A stretch of 63,080 bases of DNA, counting the filler, from Octopus bimaculoides (taxonomy: Eukaryota): NCBI RefSeq assembly GCF_001194135.2. It is 9 parts of 9 records of this genome, joined end to end, with 100 filler letters (N's around TTAATTAATTAA, not from the genome) between each part and the next. Parts side by side here need not be neighbours in the genome. Positions count along the whole stretch, not along the records: positions 1 to 13,094 come from NC_068987.1; positions 13,195 to 17,686 come from NC_069006.1; positions 17,787 to 36,544 come from NC_068984.1; 6 more parts are not named here. One strand, 5' to 3'. Position 1 is the first letter of the stretch. Each line of letters begins with the position of its first letter. Under the pieces are notes generated by a model. The model had not been told where the DNA came from. It ran no database searches and saw only the letters and a program-made list of their open reading frames with translations. The translations under genes and the position numbers were made by a program. Positions 11,097 to 20,904 of this stretch are shown here, one piece after another.

Positions 11097-12839
11097 AGTT
11101 TCAGTCATTTGCTGGAGCACCACCTCTAAGGACTTTTTATTCGAAGAAATCGGCCCCGGGATTTATTCTTTGGCCTCTGGGTAACTACCCAGGGCTTCCA
11201 TACCCTGAGACGGCACTACTCCGAGCGCGCACACACACTCTATACAAGCGCCTTTAACATATATATCAGCCCTTTGCCAATAAATATAACCTGGTCGGTG
11301 AAAAACGGGTAATAGGTTCCAATGAAGATGTAAAATGTTGGTCCTGTTTCAGATTGATCATCAAGTATTTTAAAACCCAGTACTTATGATTTATTAATGG
11401 GTTACATATATATGCATATATACATTTTCCATACACACTAGAACACTGGAAATTCACGAAACATTTGAAGAATTTTCCATTTGAAGTTCCTGGGTGAACA
11501 TACGCAGGCACACAGACACACGCACACACACGCACGCACATATGGAATACTTATATATGCGTACGCATAAACAGTAATTGAACGCACAAACACTTGTTCT
11601 ATTGTGACTCGGACACACACGAGCAGGGCTGATTTTAAGTCAGTTAGACATATTTGTACAAATTGGGCCCTATGCCATGAGAGGGCCCCGTGCACACGCT
11701 CAAGTGGAGGGCGCTATGATGAACTTTTAGTATATCATTGTGGCTAATGGTGGAGCTTCAGGCTCTCAACGCTTTTTGGCTGAGACTGGCGTACTGCATG
11801 AAGCATGAAACGTCAATCTTCAGCTTTTGCAGAGTAGAGAGCCCTGCCGACAATTCTGTAATTGAGCTCCGTATTTCCTTGCGACGGTCCTGCTCACGAG
11901 TGCAAGTTTATCTACATGCATATAACACACACACATTCATGCATTCATCAATCAATTCAAATAACTACAAATCCCAAGAGCTATCTTCTTTTCAAAAAAG
12001 AGCCTTGTCACTTTTTTAGTGATCGGCTTGAATTCCGAAAGGATAAAAACTTAATGTAAATAAATCCCCAGGAAAACATACATATTATGTGCAAACAAAT
12101 GTATGCATATGATATATTTACATGTAGCAAAACAGAACATAGGACGCTATATTTAAAAAAAGAAAAGCGAAATCTTTTCCGTATGGTAGCCCCTTCACTG
12201 CTAACTGAGAGGAGAAGGGCTCATGCCTATTTAAGCGCCTGCTCCCTCACCTTTGCTCGGGCGTGTATTTACAGTTATGGCCCATCGTACACTTAGTTTG
12301 CTTCCTGTACTATGCCTTTAGTATAGTCATAGATAAACTGCAGCCCGTGGGGTTTTTTGAATGGCATGTCAACGAAAAATTACCTTGAATTTTTTCAGAA
12401 GTGCTGCCCGCCTGATGAGTGCTTCTCGTTAAAGTTTGCTCATATTTGCTTTAGCACATACATAGTTTTGTCGAAAAGGATATGGCCAAATGGTGAAGAC
12501 GTTCATTTCGCAACCCCGAGAATCCGGGTTCGGTATCATAATGTGGCATCTTAAGCAAACATCATTTTCTCTAGCCTCGAGTTGATTGATATTGAGCAGA
12601 CAAAAACTATAAAGAAGCCCATTGAGTGGATTGTACGTATAATTAATTCAAAACGTACAGAAGGCCTTGTCAAATACCGATTCTGTCCGAGAATTATGCT
12701 ATGATTATATGTGTCCGTGGAATGGTCGACCACTTACATATTATTTCAAGAGCAGGTAATTCAGTTGATCGAACAACCGAAACTGCTTCGTCGAACGACG
12801 GAGATCCACCATTTATTTTGTAGATGTTTATATATATTT

Positions 12840-13030
12840 ATCTTTAAGATCTTTTACTTGTTTCAGTCATTGGACTGCGATCATGCTGGAGCACTACCTT
12901 TAAAGGTGTAGTTGAAACAAATCGACTCTATATCTAACTTTTTAACCTTGATACTCTATCACTTCTGCCGAACCACTATGTTACAGGGACTAAACAAGCA
13001 AATACCAGTTGTCAAGCGGTGGTAGAGAAC
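12840..13030 (-). mobile_element. SINE family A 3' half (degenerate)
   Basis: ttttacttgtttcagtcattggactgcgatcatgctggagcactacc...ccagttgtcaagcggtgg, followed by (CA)n. Confidence 0.8.
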
Positions 13031-13039
13031 ACACACACG

Positions 13040-13094
<55 letters not shown>

Positions 13095-13194
13095 NNNNNN
13101 NNNNNNNNNNNNNNNNNNNNNNNNNNNNNNNNNNNNNNTTAATTAATTAANNNNNNNNNNNNNNNNNNNNNNNNNNNNNNNNNNNNNNNNNNNN
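13095..13194. other. Assembly gap marker: 44 N + TTAATTAATTAA + 44 N (also at 17731, 36589, 46092, 53442, 57351, 59284, 61187)
   Basis: An identical 12-mer is centred in a short N gap eight times and gives stop codons in all six frames. It is a synthetic scaffold spacer. Confidence 0.93.
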
Positions 13195-13396
13195 GTTTCA
13201 GTCGGACTGCGGCCATGCTGGGGCACCGCCCGGAATAAATTTTTGTCGAATGAATCGCCCACCACCACCACCACCACCAACAAGACTTAATTTGCTTTTT
13301 AAAACCTAGTACTTATTCTATCGGATATTTTCGCCGAACCGCTACGTTACGAGAACGTAGACAAACCAACACCAGTTGTCAAGCGGTGGTGGCACG

Positions 13397-13440
<44 letters not shown>

Positions 13441-13611
13441 CATATATATATATCTACAACAGGCTTTTTTCAGTTTCCGTCTACCAAATCAGCTTTGGTC
13501 AGCTTCGGGCTAAAGTAGGAGACACTTGCCCGAGGTGCCACGCTGTGGGATTGAACTCGAAATCCATGCGATCGGGAAGCAAGCTTCTTACTACGTAGCC
13601 ACACCACTGCC
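13195..13611 (-). mobile_element. SINE family A, near full length, with internal (CA)n/(TA)n
   Basis: Both halves are present. The tRNA-like head and the ccttgggcaagtgtc (CORE-like) segment lie at 13500-13611; the tail is at 13195. Confidence 0.85.
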
Positions 13612-13764
13612 TATTGTTGGTATTATTGTTGTTAATTTTGTTGTTTTTGTTCCTGTTTCTGCAGGCGTTTTCTAATCAATGGTCCTTAATTGTTTAACCT
13701 TAGTCAATAGCCCTGGTTTTCACAGAAGATCCACGATCAGACATTCAAACCACGGGGTGGGGGT

Positions 13765-14010
13765 GGGGTCAATAAAATAAAGTACCAGTTGCGTACTGGG
13801 GTCGATGTAATCGACTAGATCCCACCCTGAAAAATTCAGACCTTGCGCAACATTTCGTCCGTCTGCACGTTCTGAGTTCAAATTCCGCTGAGGTCGACTT
13901 TGCCTTTCTTTAATTCGGGAGTCGATAAAATAAGTTCCAGTTGGACCCTGGGATCGACGTAATCGACTTACGCCTCTCCCTTAATTGCTGGCCTTGTGTC
14001 AAAATTATTA
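13765..14010 (+). mobile_element. Two SINE family B fragments in tandem
   Basis: ggggtcaataaaataaagtaccagttg... and catttcgtccgtctgcacgttctgagttcaaattccgctgaggtcgactttgcc... Confidence 0.8.
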
Positions 14011-14133
14011 TTATTATAATCTTATTGTCGTTGCACAGCTTTTAACGCTGGAGATGTACTACGGTGCCAGCTGTTCACTACCAGAGAATGCCCCTTATTT
14101 TTGGAGCACCATCCGGAGTATTCGAGCGGTTCC

Positions 14134-14330
14134 ATTATTATTATTATTATTATTTTGGTTTGATCCAGGTTTGGTGTTATTCTTGGCAGGATTTATGTGG
14201 GTAGCGGGTTACTACCTGTAACCTTAGGCATCCACAAGTTTTCAGCAGTCTTTCAAGTGCTTAGAACCTTCCTGATAATCCTTGCTGTACCTAAGAAAAA
14301 AACTTTGTATAAGAACTCTACATTATTATC
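14134..14330 (-). mobile_element. 3' end of an R4/Dong-clade (RLE-type) non-LTR retrotransposon with (TAA)n tail
   Basis: The minus strand translates ...FLGTARIIRKVLST* (stop at 14255-14253), matching the C-terminal LGTARILRKVL-type motif. A short 3' UTR and (TAA)n follow at 14154-14134. Confidence 0.65.
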
Positions 14331-15017
14331 GTCAGACGCTCACAGTCCTCTACCAGTTGTGCAATGGGATCGGTGGATGTTCCGCTTTAGAAATTTATAG
14401 AGGATTAGTGGTGGGGAAGTGCGACGACGTTCTCGGGAGCTCTCTGGGCGCCGACGAGAACGAACTGGCTCGTCTGTGCCGGAGGTCTTTCCGGTCGGGA
14501 GCTATCATGGATAATTTCCAGATGTCCTTGGCCTGGTAGTGCTACCGAGGCGGGGGCACTACCGGTTCGAGCAAGCTCTACAGGCACGGATGCGCTGTCA
14601 GACGGACTTCTCAGAGATGCGCTCAAAGTGACGAAACCGTTCTGACTTGCGGGGTTATGTTGGACAGCTGTTGTNNNNNNNNNNNNNNNNNNNNNNNNNN
14701 NNNNNNNNNNNNNNNNNNNNNNNNNNNNNNNNNNNNNNNNNNNNNNNNNNNNNNNNNNNNNNNNNNNNNNNNNNNNNNNNNNNNNNNNNNNNNNNNNNNN
14801 NNNNNNNNNNNNNNNNNNNNNNNNNNNNNNNNNNNNNNNNNNNNNNNNNNNNNNNNNNNNNNNNNNNNNNNNNNNNNNNNNNNNNNNNNNNNNNNNNNNN
14901 NNNNNNNNNNNNNNNNNNNNNNNNNNNNNNNNNNNNNNNNNNNNNNNNNNNNNNNNNNNNNNNNNNNNNNNNNNNNNNNNNNNNNNNNNNNNNNNNNNNN
15001 NNNNTACCGCCTATACT

Positions 15018-15422
15018 CTTAACTCTTTTACTTGTTTCAGTCATTTGACTGCGGCCATGCTGGAGCACCGCCTTTAGTCGAGCAAATCGACTCCAGGACT
15101 TATTCTTTGTAAGCCTAGTACTTATTCTATCGGACTCCTTTGCCGAACCGCTAAGTTATGGGGACGTAAACACACCAGCATCGGTTGTCAAGCGATGTTG
15201 ATGGGGACAAACATAGACACACAAACATATACACACACATATATATATATACATTTATACGACGGGCTTCTTTCAGTTTCCGTCTACCAAATCCACTCAC
15301 AAGACTTTAGTCAGCCCGAGGCTATAGTAGAAGACACTTGCCCAAGGTGCCACGCAGTGGGAATGAACCCGGAACCATGTGGTTGGTAAGCAAGCTACTT
15401 ACCACACAGCCACTCCTGCGCC
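15018..15422 (-). mobile_element. SINE family A, full length
   Basis: Head GGCGCAGGAGTGGCTGTGTGGTAAGTAGC...GGGTTCATTCCC, internal microsatellite, and tail gactgaaacaagtaaaagag. tatact is present on both flanks. Confidence 0.9.
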
Positions 15423-17360
15423 TATACTTACTTTTTAAAAAAATTATTTTATCATTTCAACATACGTAACGTCTATCACTTTGTGTCATCCCCCTTGTAT
15501 TATTCTCCGCCCTTGTGGCAAATAAATTAACTTTGTGGTTAATAAAGAAATCATCACCATCCTCCTCCTCCTCCTCATCATCATCATTATTATTATTATT
15601 ATCATACTGTTCCTAATACTACATTATCCAACATGGCCGTTTCTTTTATGTAACAATAAGGTGTAATTTAAGGGAGATTTGGTTGCTATTTCTAGCAGGT
15701 CCAGCGATCACAGAGACACGTTGTTGGTTCGTTAGCGATGATGATGATTATCATGAGTGTTGTTGTTGTCGTTGCCACTGGCAACATACCCATTTCCCAA
15801 CCGCAAAGCCCTCTCTTTCTCCCCCTCTCTCTCTCTCTCATACACACACACACACACACACACAAGCACACACGCACACACAGAGGCACACTACGCTATT
15901 CGGTGCAACCCAGTGCATCATGTCAAATCAAGAATCTTTGTTGCATGTTTGACACGTCACTGCTTTACACTCCAGGGTGCATTGCTGCTCTACAAACACG
16001 GAGGGTGGGTGGGGGTGGAAATGGGATGGTGGTAGGTGATGGTGGTGGTGGTGGTGGGGAGTTGACATTGAAAACCACGAGGAAAGGAAATCTTTTTTCA
16101 ACGCCGCTATTCATCATTGCTAGCAGCAGCAGTGTTAATGCCACCACCTCCACCGCCACCACCACCACCAACACCATGATTGCTACCACTTCCACCACCG
16201 CCACCACCGCCATCACCANNNNNNNNNNNNNNNNNNNNNNNNNNNNNNNNNNNNNNNNNNNNNNNNNNNNNNNNNNNNNNNNNNNNNNNNNNNNNNNNNN
16301 NNNNNNNNNNNNNNNNNNNNNNNNNNNNNNNNNNNNNNNNNNNNNNNNNNNNNNNNNNNNNNNNNNNNNNNNNNNNNNNNNNNNNNNNNNNNNNNNNNNN
16401 NNNNNNNNNNNNNNNNNNNNNNNNNNNNNNNNNNNNNNNNNNNNNNNNNNNNNNNNNNNNNNNNNNNNNNNNNNNNNNNNNNNNNNNNNNNNNNNNNNNN
16501 NNNNNNNNNNNNNNNNNNNNNNNNNNNNNNNNNNNNNNNNNNNNNNNNNNNNNNNNNNNNNNNNNNNNNNNNNNNNNNNNNNNNNNNNNNNNNNNNNNNN
16601 NNNNNNNNNNNNNNNNNNNNNNNNNNNNNNNNNNNNNNNNNNNNNNNNNNNNNNNNNNNNNNNNNNNNNNNNNNNNNNNNNNNNNNNNNNNNNNNNNNNN
16701 NNNNNNNNNNNNNNNNNNNNNNNNNNNNNNNNNNNNNNNNNNNNNNNNNNNNNNNNNNNNNNNNNNNNNNNNNNNNNNNNNNNNNNNNNNNNNNNNNNNN
16801 NNNNNNNNNNNNNNNNNNNNNNNNNNNNNNNNNNNNNNNACTACTACAACACTCAGCTCTTACCCTACACCTGCCACCGCGTCGCTATAACATTCCCACC
16901 ACAACTACCCCGAACACCACTACAACGATGCCACTACGAACTACTACCACACCAACATTACGAATATACGAGAGAAAAAGAAACACAAAACTCCATGAAA
17001 CATTTCGGAATAATTCGTAAAAATACATTTTACGAAAATAACAATACTGACTAAAACAATCATTGAAAACCGGATGTACCATTATCTCCTTTCTCAATAA
17101 TATATATATATATATATATCCAAACAAAATAGACTTAAAAATAAGCGTGTCGCCAAAAATAAACATTGTAACCATAAAAAAGTTTAAAAATCTATCAAAG
17201 CACTTCCAACGGCATTAAAAACACTTTTATAGAACTAAAAAGATGTTATATCTTCCATGGCATCCGTGTAATAATAGAAAGGCAATTAAAACTCAGCGGT
17301 CTGAATTCCATCAAATCAAATTAAACAGACCATTTCACAAAGGGAGTGGTCTTATAACAT

Positions 17361-17667
17361 ACTTTTTAACTTTTCTCAGTCATTAAACTGCGGCCATGCT
17401 GGGGCACGGCATTGAATAAATTTAGACAAACGAATCGACGCTAGTACTTATTTTTAAAGTCTGATATTTTTTCTATTGGTCTCTTTGCCGAACTGTTAGG
17501 CTATGAGGATGTAAACACACCAACACCGGTTGTCATGCGGTGGTGGGGATACGCCCCCCCCCACTTGACTGATTCTTTCAGCTTCCGTCTACCAAATCCA
17601 CTCACAAGTCTTTGGCCGGCCCGAGGCTATAGTAGAAAATACTTGCCCAAGGTGCCACGCAGTGGCA
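17361..17667 (-). mobile_element. SINE family A, partial
   Basis: Tail and central segments match the 15018 copy; the head is cut at a (TA)n/gap. Confidence 0.8.
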
Positions 17668-17787
17668 TCATATATATATATATATANNNNNNNNNNNNNN
17701 NNNNNNNNNNNNNNNNNNNNNNNNNNNNNNTTAATTAATTAANNNNNNNNNNNNNNNNNNNNNNNNNNNNNNNNNNNNNNNNNNNNC

Positions 17788-18030
17788 ATGCTCAAAATAG
17801 TGTCTTTTACGTGCCACCTGCACAGGAGCCAGTCCAGCGGCACTGGCAACTATCTCACTCGAATGTCCTTACACGTGCCACCGGCACAAGTGCCAGGGCA
17901 CCGGTGCGATCACGATTTCACTTTCACTTGCCTCAACAGGTCTTCGCAAGCCGAGTTTCTGTTTCCAATGAAGGAGATGACGTTGGCATGGGTGCCATCC
18001 ATCGAAATTAGTTCGATTTCACTTGCCTCA
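17788..18030 (-). mobile_element. RTE LINE 3' UTR fragment
   Basis: ttttacgtgccacctgcacaggagccagtcc... units, the same as the 3' UTR of the RTE at 32590-33240. Confidence 0.8.
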
Positions 18031-18541
18031 ATAAATGAATGTATATAAAATACTTATTATATAAAGATAGAAAAATATTATTAAAATATCAAAATAATAA
18101 ACATTCCATAAGCAACCCTACGTCCATTATAAAATAAGCTAATGGGTATATTATATACAAAGACCAACTTAAACAAATTTTTTCATTTAAAATACAATTT
18201 GAACGAAGTTTAAGGCTAAAATAATAAAGATAGTATTAGCACATATTTAAACGATGCAATAGTTTAAGCTAGACTATTTAAGAGTAAAAACGTTTATTTA
18301 TAAGAAGTCTAGTGAAAATATTCCGTATAGTATAGGAAATATTTATTGTGCTTTTAATTATTAATTTTTCTATATGTGACAGTGGATTTTCATCGATGAG
18401 TTCATGAACCTTGGTTCTTTTCCCTAAAACTATATATTTATATATATTTTATACGGTGAAATTTAATTTAATTTTAATTTTTAATAAATTGATTTTAATT
18501 GAGTTTTTACCTGTAATTTTGGATTTTATCCCTAATATTAT

Positions 18542-18574
<33 letters not shown>

Positions 18575-18575
<1 letters not shown>

Positions 18576-18966
18576 TCTTACTCTTTACTCTTTTACTTGT
18601 TTCAGTCATTTGACTGCGGCCATGCTGGAGCACCGCCTTTAATCGACCAAATCAACCCCAGGACTTATTCTTTATAAGCCTAGTATTTATTCTATCGGTC
18701 ACTTTTGCTGAACCGCTAAGTTACAGGGGCGTAAACATACCAGCATTGGTTGTCAAGTGATGTTGGAGGTACAAACACATATATATAAACATATACATAT
18801 ATACGATGGGTTTCTTTCAGTTTCCGTCTACCAAATCCACTCACAAGGCTTTGGTCGGTCCAAGGATACAGTAGAAGACACTTGCCCAAGGTGCCATGCA
18901 GTGGGACTGAACCTGGAACCATGTGGTTGGTAAGCAAGCTACATACCACACAGCCACTCCTGTGCC
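18575..18966 (-). mobile_element. SINE family A, full length
   Basis: Co-linear with the 15018-15422 copy across head, core and tail. Confidence 0.9.
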
Positions 18967-19099
18967 TATAGAAAAGAAACAGCCATTCCTGCACCATATA
19001 GAAAAGAAATTACAACTGTATATGTATATACAGTTGTAATTTCTTTTCTATATTTATTTATTCACTTCTGTTTTTGTTTTTAAATATAAGGGGCTAAAC

Positions 19100-19348
19100 A
19101 TAGAGGGGACAAACAAGGACAGACAAGGAGATTAAGTCGATTACATCGACCCCAGTGTATAACTGGTACTTAATTTATCAACCCTAGTGCGTAACTGGTA
19201 CTTAATTTATCAACCCCAGTGCGTAACTGGTACTTAATTTATCGACCCCAAAAGGATGAAAGGCAAAGTTGACCTCGGCTGAATTTGAACTCAGAGCGTA
19301 ATGGCAGATGACATACCGCTAAGCATTTCACCCGGCGTGCTAATGTTT
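19100..19348 (-). mobile_element. SINE family B with internal triplication of a ~33-bp unit
   Basis: ccccagtgcgtaactggtacttaatttatcaa occurs three times at ~19150-19250. Confidence 0.85.
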
Positions 19349-19369
19349 CTATATATATATATATATATA

Positions 19370-19828
19370 GTGCTAACAGCTCCATCTGAGCAGATCACTG
19401 CCAGAGCAGCTGTCTGACTTCCGTGCCGGTGGCACGTAAAAAGCACCATTTGAGCGTAATCGTTACCAGCATCGCCTTACTGGCACTTGTGCCGGTGGCA
19501 CGTGAACAAAACATTCAAGCAAGGTTGTTGCCAGTGCCTCGAACTAAACATTCGAGCGAGGTCATTGCCAATGCCGCTGGACTGACTCCTGTGCAGGTGG
19601 CACGTAAAAAAAAAAAAAAAAAAAAACACCATTTGAGTGTGGCCGTTGCCAGACTGGCCCCCATGCCAGTGGCACGTAAAAGCACCCACTACACACTTGG
19701 AGTGGTTGGCGTTAGGAAGGGCATCCAGCTGTAGAAACTCTGCTAGATCAGAGTGGAGCCTCAGCCAAATCGTCCAACCCATGCTAGCATGGAAAACGGA
19801 CATTAAACGATGATGATGATGATGATGA
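19370..19828 (+). mobile_element. RTE LINE 3' end (5'-truncated) with (GAT)n tail
   Basis: Repeated gtgccggtggcacgtaaaaagcacc units, then ggcgttaggaagggcatccagctgtagaaac...cccatgctagcatggaaaacggacattaaacgatgatgatg. Confidence 0.88.
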
Positions 19829-19894
19829 TATATATATATATATATATACATATACACACACACACACATATATATATCTTGAACATCTCACAAA

Positions 19895-20190
19895 TTGGTT
19901 TTCGAACAGAAAATTCGAGATGAAAATGCCTCGGTTATCAAACAACATTGCCAAATCAAGTTAACTCGAACGGAATCATTTTTTGAGTCAACTGCCATGT
20001 TGTATACATTCGTGTGTTATGCTGTGCTTTTCTTTTCTAACTTTATTGTATTGTGCCTTTTTTTCTCTCCATTAGCCCTTCATCATGGCTCCAAAGAAAG
20101 CTAGCAGTGATACTGGTAAAGGAAAAAGAAAAGTTGAGAGACAAACAATTGTAGTGAAGAAAAAAAATCATTGCAATACATGAAAATGGT
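19895..20190 (+). mobile_element. Tigger/pogo-like transposon 5' fragment (start of transposase)
   Basis: ATG at 20085 gives MAPKKASSDTGKGKRKVERQTIVVKKK, then IIAIHENG after removing one A from the A-run. This resembles the N-terminus of pogo/Tigger HTH-psq transposases. Subterminal ttttcgaac/ctcgaac motifs lie upstream. Confidence 0.6.
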
Positions 20191-20822
20191 GATGAAAAAT
20201 GGATCTTCTATCTAAATGTTAAACGTTGTAAACAGTGGCTTGGTAAAAGGGAAAAAGCTCAACCACAACCAGAAGGGAACTTCATGGGAAAAAGGTTTTT
20301 CTCTCTATCTGCAAAGGAGTAATTCACTTTGAATTGTTACCACCTAATGCAACAATCAATGCTCAAGTCTACTGTCAGCAATTAGAGTGTTTGAACCAAG
20401 CTTTGAAGAAAAAAAGACTCGCTTTAGTGAATTGAAAAGGAGTGATGTTTCATCAGGACAATGTGCGAACCCACACTGCAAAGATCACATCACAGAAAAT
20501 TGAAGAGCATGGTTGGGAAAAAATTCCTCATTCACCTTATTCTCCCAACCTTGCTCCTTCAGACTACCATTTGTTTCGTAGTTTACAGAATCAATTGGGG
20601 GACATAACTTTTGCAAGCCAGGAGGAGGTCGAAACTGACATTTCAGAGTTCTTCACTTTGAAACCAAAAAGAGTTTTACATTGATGGGATTAAAAAGCTT
20701 GTAAATAGATGGAAGGAAGTCATAGATAATCAGGGATTGATGATTAAATTTCAATTAAACATAACAGTTGATCACTTGTTTTCTTTATTAAAAATTTGGA
20801 CAGAACTTTGGGGATGACCTGA
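20188..20822 (+). mobile_element. mariner (DD34D) transposase pseudogene, 3' two-thirds, with right TIR
   Basis: GDEKWIFY at ~20188, then HQDNVRTH and HSPYSPNLAPSDYHLFRSLQN, with frameshifts and stops. Terminal aaaatttggacagaactttggggatgacctga is followed by TA (20823-20824). Confidence 0.9.
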
Positions 20823-20904
20823 TAAAATGTATTTTTATGTAGTAAATATGTAGTTCTTGAATTTATTCTTCATCTTTATATGAACTCTTGTAATAATATA
20901 CATG

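Noticed and set aside
11770-11910. Minus-strand peptide REQDRRKEIRSSITELSAGL resembling a bHLH basic/helix 1
   Set aside because: An in-frame TAA lies immediately upstream, no splice acceptor would retain the ExxRR motif, and helix 2 spacing does not fit.
13139-13150. TTAATTAATTAA 12-mers recurring eight times between N runs
   Set aside because: Always centred in a short N gap of about 100 bp and giving stops in all six frames. It is a synthetic assembly spacer, not biological.
14560-14674. Possible Gypsy gag (GDRKPS..L-like) remnant on the plus strand
   Set aside because: It needs several frameshifts for a few matching residues; not supportable without a search.
15738-16960. Thr/Pro-rich mucin-like ORFs around the 16.2-16.8 kb gap
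   Set aside because: Explained by (ACC)n/(ACT)n simple repeats; there are stops in neighbouring codons and no splice context.
19150-19250. Three ~33-bp direct repeats that could be mistaken for a CRISPR array
   Set aside because: No spacers, eukaryotic context, and the unit is an internal segment of the family B SINE (slippage triplication).
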